DNA of 64,000 nt from contig NC_043017.1 of the NCBI RefSeq assembly GCF_006345805.1, forward strand, positions 34,038,001 to 34,102,000. The letters are read 5' to 3'. The DNA is from Octopus sinensis (lineage: Eukaryota). This document shows, piece by piece, positions 53,447 through 64,000 of the stretch (its first letter is position 1; each line of letters starts with the position of its first letter). Under the pieces are notes generated by a model. It saw nothing but the letters and a program-made list of their open reading frames with translations, was not told where the DNA came from and did not search any database. A program made the position numbers and the translations under genes.

Positions 53447-54260
53447 AATTACATATTTGAAAATATGATTTTTAAATGAATAGTTAAGGCAATGCTCCTG
53501 TTTGGCCGCAAGCAAGTGACTGAAACAAGTAAAAGAGTAAAAGAGTCTGCTTAAATCAGAGACTGCTCCATCACAAAATTCATGATCCAGTCTTATTTTT
53601 CAATTGCCTGATATGCCCGTGCGGCATACTATAAAGTTCATTTTGATGATGCTTCTTAGAAAATGATGCAAATTGAAAGACTATTCATGTCAATATTATC
53701 AGTTGGTTGGAGAATCTGATGCTGTGAATAACTAAAGAAACTACACGTCCTGTCTGAAAACTGATGTCATATTCGGATTCAGCATCCTAAAATTACCCTA
53801 AATCAGCTGAAAAAGTTTAAATAGCAAGACAAAAGAATTTTTTGTTGTCTGCTGTAATCATTTCATCCCTCAGCCAGCTCTATGACAAATGTTTTAGGCG
53901 TTTCTTTTTAGTTTTTAAATGTTAAAAGATATAGATTATTCATTATAAACCCGGGTGTGATGAGAACTGCTTACACACATGTGCAGATGAATTCATATTA
54001 CTTTGATAAACAATGATAAACAATAAGGAGAACAGAATTTAGACATAGAATAATCTAAAAAAATTATATTAAATTTTAACTGGAAGGAAAGCGTGATCTT
54101 AATTAAATGTACACCTGTGTGTGCATTTCTAAGCAATTCTATATGCGTATATGCGTATGTATGTATGTATGTATAATACTCCTGAGCCACATCCATTTAT
54201 AGTTTGTCCTAGGAGCTATTACAAGTCGAACATTCAGAACCGTAGTTCAGATGGTATGTT

Positions 54261-54471
54261 TACTCTTTTACTTGTTTCAGTCATTTGACTGCGGCCATGC
54301 TGGAGCACCGCCTTTAGTCGAGCTAATCGACCCCGGGACTTATTCTTTGTAAGCCCAGTACTTGTTCTATCGGTCTCTTTTGCCGAACCGCTAAGTGACG
54401 GGGACGTAAACACACCAGCATCGGTTGTCAAGCAATGCTAGGGGGACAAACACAGACACACAAACACACAC

Positions 54472-54524
<53 letters not shown>

Positions 54525-54654
54525 TACGACAGGCTTCTTTCTGTTTCCGTCTACCAAATCCACTCACAAGGCATTGGTCGGCCCGGGGTTATAGCAGAAG
54601 ATACTTGCCCAAGATGCCACGCAGTGGGACTGAACCCGGAACCATGTGGTTGGT
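54261..54654 (-). mobile_element. SINE family A, missing the first approximately 30 nt
   Basis: Body and tail complete, head truncated. Confidence 0.9.
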
Positions 54655-55160
54655 TTAAAATGTTATTTCAGAAATTTTATTAACGTAAAAACTAATTATG
54701 CACGTGAGTAACACTTTATTCTAAACGACGGTCATTAAAATTCGTACTGAAGTTTAAATTTTGTTTGTGTTTTGATTATTTACCAAATCGATGTGCATTC
54801 AGATAGGCGGCCGACATCCTGAAGATATCGTCTGGAAAGATTGAGTGATAGAAGAGAAAATGCTTTATAAAAACAAATAGATAACTAGGAAACATTGTAA
54901 TGTATTTGTTGGAATCGAGTAATTGAAAAACGACGAGAAATCCAGCACCCTACCATGCTTTAACTACAGACAAGTAAACATAGAGAAATAAAATGAAAAG
55001 AAAAAACGCCTTGTCTGACACACTGTTATGTAATTACATTTAGGAAATATACTTTTTTTTCTCAGCTTATGAAATGTGTAATAAATACAAGAGATAATAT
55101 TGGGAGAAAACATGGCTGGTAGTTCAAAGTATTTTTTCTATAAACTTGAAATACTCTTAC

Positions 55161-55348
55161 CTTCCATGATATAACTCGCAAATTAATAATACCCAGTTGG
55201 TTCTAACAGTGTTATTACAGGAAAATGAGATAGTTGTTGCATAAGAACTACACAAAACCAAAATCAAAAGGAAATAACAGATGAATGAAAAAAGTTTATT
55301 TAAAGCGATAACATTTATGAGGCTTCCTTTATCCATAGGAATAGACAT
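55161..55348 (-). CDS. Candidate first coding exon of an unidentified secreted or membrane protein
   Basis: MSIPMDKGSLINVIALNKLFSFICYFLLILVLCSSYATTISFSCNNTVRTNWVLLICELYHG: hydrophobic signal-like stretch, NNT sequon, ends at AAG|GTAAGA donor; non-repetitive; no family recognised. Confidence 0.35.
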
Positions 55349-56578
55349 AAAATGTTAAACTCTTGTAATAAACACCAACTTTGACACTGATTACAGTGAG
55401 ATGCCTGCTGAATCGAAGATATCTGACTCTGTTATTACGTACAAACTTTCAAATAATTAATTGGTACTTTTGTATTTTTCAATATTTGAAATATTTCGGA
55501 ACATGCAGTTAGCTTATTTTCATTTTGTTAACAACTTTAGCGATATCAGTGCCATACACAATGTTTTAAAAAAATAATTGAAATTAAAATGAAAAAACTT
55601 TTATTTTTACTAAAATCAAATTCTGTATGGATTTATTGTTGTTGTAATTTATTGTTGTTGTAATTCGCCTCGGTAAAGCTTATTACCGCTATTTATTTTT
55701 AACATTCCCTGGATTAAGTGAAATATGTACAAGACTGACAGAATCTCGCAACGAAAGAATTACTGTTAGGCTATTGCTTGTTTTAGTTGCTGTTTATCAC
55801 ATTTTCATCCCCGATGAAACAGTCTTATTGTCATATGTGTTGGACCCCGCTTGTTGCTTAGACATATTAATATATCTATAACCTAAGTATGCACAGTATA
55901 CTGAGTGATGTGAGTACCGTTACTAAATCAATTGTTAGGGGATTAAATTCAAAATGAACTTTGGAGGGAGGCTTTGCAATCGACTACTTTTAATTTACAT
56001 GCATTTGGTGAAGAGAGGGATTTCGAATAACAAAAGGGAAGGTATTTTCTAGAGTTTCAAAGGTAAGAAATCACCAATGTTACTTCGAAACATTGAATTC
56101 CATGGAAATTGGTGTTTTATAATCGCCGCTTAATAAAGGAAGCCCTTGTAGAATGATGCCTCGCGTATACTAACTCTTACTGTTGTGGAACAACATACCA
56201 TTATTTATTGTCGGTAGTAAGAGAGGTTGTTATCTAGTGTGGTTATACCTCGCGGTATGTGTACTCGAAAGGTGGAAAAGATATTTATAAAGACAGATAG
56301 GAAAATAAGGTCGGACATTTTAATAGTCAGTATAATTGTAGAAATTTTACGAAGCTGGACTAGGACGCCATGGCGGAGATAAAATTGATGAAAAGAAGAA
56401 AACGGGTCGGAGGTTTATTATAGATTTACCTCACTAGTGGTGCTTATAGTGTTATTTCAGAGGGAAAAAGAATCGGTAAATCTTGAATACGATTTGGCAA
56501 AAATGACAATATGTATTACAACCCAACAGTGTATTTTTCCTATGATTAATTACTATGGTTGTACATATTAATTGCTAA

Positions 56579-57204
56579 TCTATATATATAAAACTGTAGT
56601 TGTGTGAGTGTCTGTCCCCTTCGATTTAGATTCCTAACTACTCCCACATTTTGCGGTGCAGTTTAACCAAATTCGGGTATCTTATAGTTGTGATTCATAT
56701 CGAGCCCGTCTGTGTATTAGCGCGCGTCTACGATGAGTCTACGATTTTTAAAATAATTTAACATCATTTTTTATTCCATTTTAATGCATATTTTTTCGTG
56801 TGTCGATGGCGGCGGAGTTGGCGTCCACGCTCACACCTGCACCTGTGGGGAAGGGAGTGTAAGGAAATCAACGTCGTAATGCGTTGTCAAGGAGACCAGC
56901 GTTCTTTTAGAACAACGACTTCATGGCTTGAAGACACCAAAACAGAAATGGCTAAGAAAGTGTTTACATGAGTCTACGATTTTAAAAAAGATTTACCATC
57001 ATTTTTTCCATTTTAATGCATTTTTTCGCTATTATATAAGGGAAGTAACTCTCTAAAAATGTCTACGATGAGTCAACGATTAAAAAAAAAAATTACCATA
57101 ATTTTTTATTCCATTTTTAATGCATTTTTTTGCTATAACTCTCTAAAAATGCTTATATAGTTATTTCCCTTACAAACCCGAGCAACGCCGGGCGATACTG
57201 CTAG
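56579..57204 (+). mobile_element. Non-autonomous Helitron
   Basis: TCTATATATATAAA start, cccgagcaacgccggg hairpin plus CTAG end, A|T insertion site; internal block gagtctacgattttaaaa...ccattttaatgca occurs three times. Confidence 0.88.
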
Positions 57205-58325
57205 TATTTAATAATATATTCAAATTCTTCGAGACTAAATTATTATATCTGTGGCCAGTAGTACAAGTTTTTCATTCCGATTTTGCGGTTTCATCGATGA
57301 GGCGATGTACTATTTTACGTGCAATGGTGGGGGGGGGGTTATCACATGCGAATTATGTTGTATTTGCTTCTGTTACAATTTAAGTTAGATTAATTCATTT
57401 TGAATGGAGAATGTTGCTGCCATAATTACGCAACATATAAATTAATTAATGTCAGAAACTGATGTGAATTGTTCTATTGTTTATGGAATTATTGCTTTTG
57501 TGTTATATTTGGGAAATGAATTAAACAAAAATAACAGATTGTTATGAGTACAGAATACAGTAAAGAATTATTTAAGGATGCGGTTCGGAACTGGCAAATA
57601 CATAGTTAGTATACATTTACTGTATACTGTGTTTGAAGGAAATTATTATTTTGTGACACAAATGATTTTTTTTTAAAGTAATATTGAAAATATGGCTGAA
57701 TTTCAAATGATACAATTAGAGTTAGCGAGCTGGAGAGCAATTTAATATGAAATGAATATTGTTTAATGTGCGGGTAGGAGGAGAGAATTAACTCATGGCT
57801 GAGAGATAAAGTTCTAAATGTAGCGCCTTGTATGTTGACTATTGCCAAAGCAGACGAGAGTCAAACAAATCTTAAACTGTCCCTGTCTCTACCATAGTTT
57901 CATGGTCAATTCTACCTATACAATAAAGCTAGTACATTATCAAAGAGACTTAACAATTGCCTGAAAATGCTGCCGTACAATTTCATGTTTCACACTGTTG
58001 AAACCATGGAAAATATAGTGCTTTCCTCAAAATACATCGAAATATTCGCACAAGATTTGAACTGAGTTTCCATAATAGTTTAGTAATTTACCTAGTTGAT
58101 CACTGCATATTTGGTCATTCGGATAGGTGTATTCGTGAATAAACAAATTCTTTTGTAGCAATTGAAAGCAATCTATTACTAGTGGGAATTTTAAGTCGGA
58201 GAAAGAATTGGATAAAAGAAATGAGTGATTTCGTTTCCTGTTTGTACAGAAAAATCTGAAAAGACAGTCTTCGATTAAGAAGGAACATACAAGAGAAAGA
58301 ATTTCTTTTTAGATAAGATGCTTAC

Positions 58326-58401
58326 AAACCCATGAAGTTGCACTGTACTAGAAAATTTCTATTTCACAGTAATCATGTTTGCTGATTTGTCTTAGATTCC
58401 A
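58326..58401 (-). other. Candidate non-coding (5' UTR) exon
   Basis: Acceptor tttttgttttttttgtttcag| and donor |gtaagc; stops in all three frames. Confidence 0.3.
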
Positions 58402-59630
58402 CTGAAACAAAAAAAACAAAAATATAACTTCATTAAATTTCAATTCAGATGTTTCTACAAAGCAGAATACTGGTTGAATGGTGCCGATCTCATAGTGCGA
58501 ATGTCCGTTCGGAAGAATCAATTGTTTTCCAATATTATGCATCGTAATTTTAGAAATAGGTACATTGAATCTTGGAGTGGTTAACATTTTGTCAAGAATA
58601 AAATGTAGCAGCTTGTCGAGAATGTAAATGAACGACTCGTCAATTAAACTCTCTATTTGTTACACTGATAAAGGATATGTAATATTGCTTACAAATACAC
58701 GCACAGTATTTTGTATTATACTTTATGTTAACGACTCTAGACTGACAACAAAGTGAGGTGAATCCCGCGGAATTTGAATTTAAACCGTAAATAACCTTCC
58801 TAAAAACCACTTTTTCCAACGATCTACTGATTCTGTCAACCTACCGCAATAGTAAATATTCTAATTTGCTATTCTAATTTGTGATAATAAATATCTAAAA
58901 TTAACATTAAAATAAAGAACAGAGATAAGAACATAAAATATTTTAAAAGAAACGACAGTTATATTTCAAAATTAAAAATAAATACAAAAGCATTAACAGA
59001 AAATAAAATTGAAAACGAACGAAATTATTTAAATACAGAGTCCTATGACTAATATTTCTTCTGCTGACAGCCATTTCACGATATGCTTTATTGCTAATTG
59101 TTAAACTAGCTAACTGAAACTATGGTTTAGAAGTAATAAATTTCCTGATCACATTTTTAATAATCCGTCCATAACAATACATTGGAGAACAAAAGAACCA
59201 ATAAACAAAGAAATGAAAGAAATATAAAAGAAAACAATCAGAATTTATTTGAGATCCGCTTTTTCACACCTTCATATATACCATCACGCACACACTAAAC
59301 AACACACACATTTATCTGCTTACACACTGTGTAACACACCTGAAGCACACAATATATGCCAATTATGGATGCCAGTTTTACAGTGAAAAGTTTTCTATAT
59401 ATTTGTCTTTTTAAAGTCGCCTCCTGTCGCTCTTCTCTCGCTTTCTCTCCCACTATCATTTGCAGTCACTCAATCTTTGTTGAAAGTATTTCACAGGAAA
59501 TAATTTTGTTTGTCTTTTTGTTTTTGGTTGTTTGTTTTTCAATGCTTCAAATCAGTGTTATCAGATAAATGACCTCTGTTTGAATCACAAATTAAGAGTA
59601 TCTAACATTCCTTTAACCTATATTAAATAA

Positions 59631-59850
59631 GGCGGCGAGCTGGCAGAAACGTTAGCGCGCCGGGCGAAATGCGTAGCCGTATTTCGTCTGCCGTTACGTT
59701 CTGGGTTCAAATTCCGCCGAGGTCGACTTTGCCTTTCATCCTTTCGGGGTCGATAAATTAAGTACCAGTTACGCACTGTTGTCAATGTAATCGACTTAAT
59801 CCGTTTGTTTGTACTTTCTATGTTTAGCCCCTTGTGGGTAATAAAGAAAT
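59631..59850 (+). mobile_element. SINE family B, full length with TSD
   Basis: Flanking duplication tatattaaata. Confidence 0.92.
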
Positions 59851-60258
59851 ATATATTAAATAGTTTGTTTAAGGGTTTAGATATCTAGCGCCCAATTTTT
59901 ATTTATTTTTATGAATTAAATGTTTGTTTGGATTTTTCCGTGGCACACTGTTGTGTAGACGCCCCCAGACGATGAAGTGGACTAGCCCAATACGTAGATA
60001 TAGAGGGAGAAGTCTAGACGTCGGGAGAGAAGACTCGAGAAGAGCAGAGTAGAGTCGAGTTGAGTAGAAAGCATCCGAACGTTCGACATAACACACAAAT
60101 CTGACTGAATCGCTGGAGAGCACTCTCAGGTGGACGTAGATCCTTACAAATTTTAGTCGTATTAAACAAAATAGTTTTTTTTTTTAACAGACACTAAAGA
60201 TGTCAATTCATTCGTCCACAACTCTCAAATCACTCGATTAATAATGTCTCGACTATTT

Positions 60259-60570
60259 AAGTTACGTTAATTTTTTGGCTCAAAAAGCATAAAGCAAGGC
60301 CATGTAGGGGGACATGGAGTTATGTACAGGGGTTTTCATGCAAAGAGTTCAGGCCATTTCTGATAAAGAGAGACTTTGAACCGAGCGGTCGTCGGCATCT
60401 TCACTATCTCGTCCGGCAGCTTATTCCAAGGATACGCAACCCGGACGGAGAAAGCCCCTCTCCTTCGATTGAGATGAAATCGTCGCAGATAGAGCATTTC
60501 GGAGTGACCCCGCAGCCTACGCTCTGGAGCAGGAGTGAAGAACAGTTCTTTCGAGAGGTTACACTTTACA
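60259..60570 (-). mobile_element. CR1/L2-type LINE 3' end
   Basis: KCNLSKELFFTPAPERRLRGHS...WNKLPDEIVKMPTTARFK. Confidence 0.9.
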
Positions 60571-60832
60571 CATTTAAAACTGTTAGTAAAGGTATTAAGT
60601 TGGCTAGTCATCAAATTGATCAGCATATATATAAAAATGACGCGAGGAAAGAAAATGAACATAATTAAAAAATATCTGCAATAAAGCATGAAAGAAAATA
60701 CCCGAGGAAAGGAGTTGCATGTGGCTTACACATACGATAGTCTCGAATATGTAATATTGAAGTTCCAACGTATTTTTAACTGAGGTTCTCCTCGCAAACA
60801 GAATACAAAGGTTCTATACGACAGTTGTTTAA

Positions 60833-61458
60833 GATGTGTGAAACTAATTAAAGAACTACATTCTACAAGATGTGTATTTTGGAGACACCTATCTATGCAC
60901 GACTTCCCTGGGCAAGTTCGCTTTCTGGGCTGGTCTGTGGTTTCCCTGCTGCTAACACTTGCAGTTGGCGCTGTGTTGGTACAGAAGGGAAGCGGCATTT
61001 TGTGGCAAGTGGTTTTATTGTTTGTTAGGCATTTTATTCAGTATCAACTAATATGGATCATATTCTTGTCCAGTATATTTATACCTATTTCTTTACTACC
61101 TACAAGAGGCTAAACACAGAGGGGACAAACAAGGACAAACAAACGGATTAAGTCAATTACATCGACCCCAGTGCGTAACTGGTACTTAATTTATCGACCC
61201 CGAAAGGATGTAAGGCAAAGTCGACCTCGGCAGAATTTGAACTCAGAACGTAACGGCAGACGAAATACGGCTACGCATTTCGCCCGGCGTGCTAACGTTT
61301 CTGCCAGCTCGCCGCCTTTTTTGTGATCAATATAATAGCGGCAATATTTCAAATTTGCAATCGAAGTTCAAACTCATATTAGATTCCAGCTGCATAGATA
61401 GGTGTCTTCAAAACCCACATCTTGTAGAATGTAGTTCTTTTATTTGTTCCACACTCAC
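60833..61458. repeat. Pair of about 65 bp inverted repeats (60833-60899 / 61391-61458) enclosing a SINE-B insertion
   Basis: aaagaactacattctacaagatgtg...gacacctatctatgca versus its reverse complement. Confidence 0.75.
61085..61316 (-). mobile_element. SINE family B, full length
   Basis: Complete reverse-complement copy. Confidence 0.92.
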
Positions 61459-62175
61459 TGACTTCTGTTTGCTAATTTGCCTGCATATGGAGTCTAGGCT
61501 CTCCCTGTATACTCATGCATTAATCTAGAAGTTTTCTAAAGTCACGTAACTTCATAATTTCTAAACCTTATTCTTAACCAATCAGCTTCCTGGTTGCTAG
61601 GTAAACCCTCCAAACACATACACTTACATCACTTCACCATATAAGACGCCATTTATCACATAACATAATTCTGGAATTCCCTCTGACACTCGAACATCAT
61701 GCGATATTACAGAGTGGTTGCAGAGAAAAATAAACGGTACATAGAAAATAATAGTGAAGACAACACGAACATAACTTGTTCTCTCCTTCATCACACACAA
61801 TTAACGTTTAGCCTTTCCATGAAGTTTTCCCACGATCAAACAACGAACATGTGCATAACAATTCTATATTCGCGTTCGTCACCCCCAATTTCCATGAAAT
61901 TATGTGAAACAAATGTTTAACGAACAGTTTAATGTCTAGTATTTGGGGTTGGGTTGCTTCCGTTATATTTAAATTACGAGGCTACTCATTTGAGATGCAC
62001 TATTTTCAAGAACTATTTAGAATGCGATTACAGTACATAGCATTTTGTATGTAGTATTTATGTATCGATTTGTTGAAAGATCGATTCTATAACAAGATAC
62101 AATTAGTCCATATTTGATACTATCAGCTTATGTACTAAATAAAAGCGTAGGTGCTTGCAAGTATCATATATGATA

Positions 62176-62650
62176 TGGTCATCAAATCTAAGTAGAGAGT
62201 TCAAACTTGAAATCTTCAAAGCCACAGTCGAACCAATCCTACTATATGGCTCAGAAATCTGGACGTTATCAAAGAAGCTTGAGATGCGGTTGGATGGAAC
62301 CTACACTCGCCTCCTTATGAAAGCTCAAAATCTTTCGTGGAAGCGTCATCCAACCAAAATGCAAATATATGGGAAATTACCACCTGTGTCATCTCTTGTG
62401 AAAGGTAGGAGAGTCCAGTTTGCTGGACATTGTTGTAGAGCTGAAAAAGAGGTAATTTCTACTCTTCTCCTCTGGAAGCCATCTACTCGCAATACCAGAG
62501 GGCGCACACTCTCCTACCCTGATGTAATCTCCAGGGATACAGGCATCCAGCAACAGGACCTCCGTAATGCCATGATGGACTGTGAAGTCTGGCGTAGCAT
62601 GGTAAATTCCATTGTCTCGACCACGGTCGAACAATGATGATGATGATCAT
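62176..62650 (+). mobile_element. RTE-clade LINE 3' end (ORF2 C-terminus)
   Basis: KLEIFKATVEPILLYGSEIWTL...RRVQFAGHCCR...LLWKP...RGR, then (TGA)n tail. Confidence 0.9.
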
Positions 62651-62992
62651 CATATATGAATATGCAAATTAGGCTTACTTATACAGGCTTTTCGGGTTAT
62701 ATTTGACAACTTTTATATCTCCCTTTTTCGGGAACAGGTTGATGTACTGCTGAATAATCAACGGCAGTGCGGAGCATTAAGATTAAAGTTTACAAAAGTT
62801 AGCTGACATGGAGGATTGAAAGTCATAATGAATATTGGAAGGGAGTATCAGCATCATGATGATTCGTGCCGGGGATCAAAATGCCAGTATCATGACTGTT
62901 GCTCAATGCTCTATGAACACTGTAAAGGTTGTAAGACAGCTGCAAAGGAGACTATGAAGCCATGGTCAGCAGGAAGGGACAGCAGGCGTAAA

Positions 62993-63395
62993 GGCGGCGA
63001 GCTGGCAGAAACGTTAGCACGCCGGGCGAAGTTCTTAGCCGTATTTCGTCTGGGTTCAAATTCCGCCGAGGTCGACTTTGCCTTTCATCCTTTCGGGTCG
63101 ATTAAATAAGTACTAGTTACGCACTGGGGTCGATATAATCGACTTAATTCGTCTGTCTCTCCTTGTTTGTCCACTCTGTGTTTAGCCCCTTGTGAGTAGT
63201 AAAGAAATAGGTATTTCGTCTGCCGCTACGGTCTGGGTTCAAATTCCGCCGAGGTCGACTTTTCCTTTCATCCTTTCGGGGTCGATTAAATAAGTACCAG
63301 TTAGGCACTGGGGTCGATATAATCGACTTAATCCGTTTGTTTGTCCTTGTTTGTCCTCTCTGTGTTTAGCCCCTTGTGGGCAGTAAAGAAATAGG
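62993..63395 (+). mobile_element. SINE family B head-to-tail dimer with TSD
   Basis: Junction gaaatag/gtatttcgtctgccg as in the trimer; flanking aggcgta duplication. Confidence 0.9.
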
Positions 63396-63399
63396 CGTA

Positions 63400-64000
63400 C
63401 TGGTTGTATCCAGATGCGGAAGAGCATTCTCACATCTTTGAACAGAGCCTTAGGCTCAATTCCGATGGCTATGTGAAGCTGCTGGGGTCAAGAGACGGTA
63501 GATGCTGGAAGGCCGTATCTATGTCAACAGGATTTAGCTCCTTGTCTTGCCTCCGAGTCATAAGTGATTGACCGCGAATTTCTTCGACTTAACCAGCCCC
63601 AATTTCTGGCCTTTTAATTCCCGTGATTGTAATCCCATGGATTACTATGCGTGGTGGGGGACGGGTGGTTGAGAAAGACTCCCAACGCTCTGCCAAGGTG
63701 GTGGCCGAGATCAAGATGTTTGGCAATCCTCCTATAAGCAAAATGAGGAATGTATGCACCAGGTTTCGGAACCGTCTTCCGGCCGTGGCGGAAGTCGAAG
63801 GCGGTTACATTGAGTGAACTTTTATCTCTCATCCATAATTTGATTGATATTTGTTGATGGAGTGGTTGTATGTCTCTGAGACATTTAGAAATTCAATATT
63901 TCTAATATTTGTTGATGGTCTTTTATTAATAATTTTATTTATGAATGGAATATTGTGTTTTCTTTTCCTTTTATGCAAACTGCCAGATTTCATTGTAACA
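63400..64000 (+). mobile_element. Tc1/mariner-superfamily transposon, 3' part, decayed; runs to the window edge
   Basis: GRPYLCQQDLAP (cf. GRPYVFQQDSAP), NFWPFNSRDCNPMDYYAW (cf. WPPNSPDLNPLDY), RFRNRLPAVAEVEGGYIE*. Confidence 0.85.

Noticed and set aside
59949-60149. TG...CA bounded segment suggesting a solo LTR
   Set aside because: Right boundary ambiguous and no clean target-site duplication.

Overview
AT-rich, microsatellite-saturated eukaryotic DNA that looks intronic or intergenic. The tRNA-headed SINE families and the TA/TG/TACA load match my recollection of an octopus (cephalopod) genome; this is an inference, not a database result. I find no confidently identifiable host protein gene, only one candidate signal-peptide exon on the minus strand (55161-55348) with possible flanking exons. 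Most ORFs in the track are artefacts of SINEs or simple repeats. The window holds about 20 family-A SINE copies or fragments, about 12 family-B SINE units, two SINEs sharing a 3' module, CR1/L2-type and RTE LINE fragments, mariner and pogo transposase relics, a piggyBac-type MITE and non-autonomous Helitrons. The most striking signal is a set of fold-back (palindromic) elements: 1418-1720, 23721-25934, 27154-27543, 41272-42147 and a smaller one at 46045-46242. They carry hammerhead-ribozyme (HHR) motifs, and in the four larger ones the sense motif reads outward toward a microsatellite or the element tail. Two are textbook minimal type I hammerheads with a palindromic stem III (25815-25905 with its mirror, and 27211-27291). 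Several shorter dispersed termini carry variant cores (extra purine after A9, CCGA, a possible U3-A8 swap). This fits non-autonomous Penelope-like/retrozyme-type elements integrated as snap-back duplexes.
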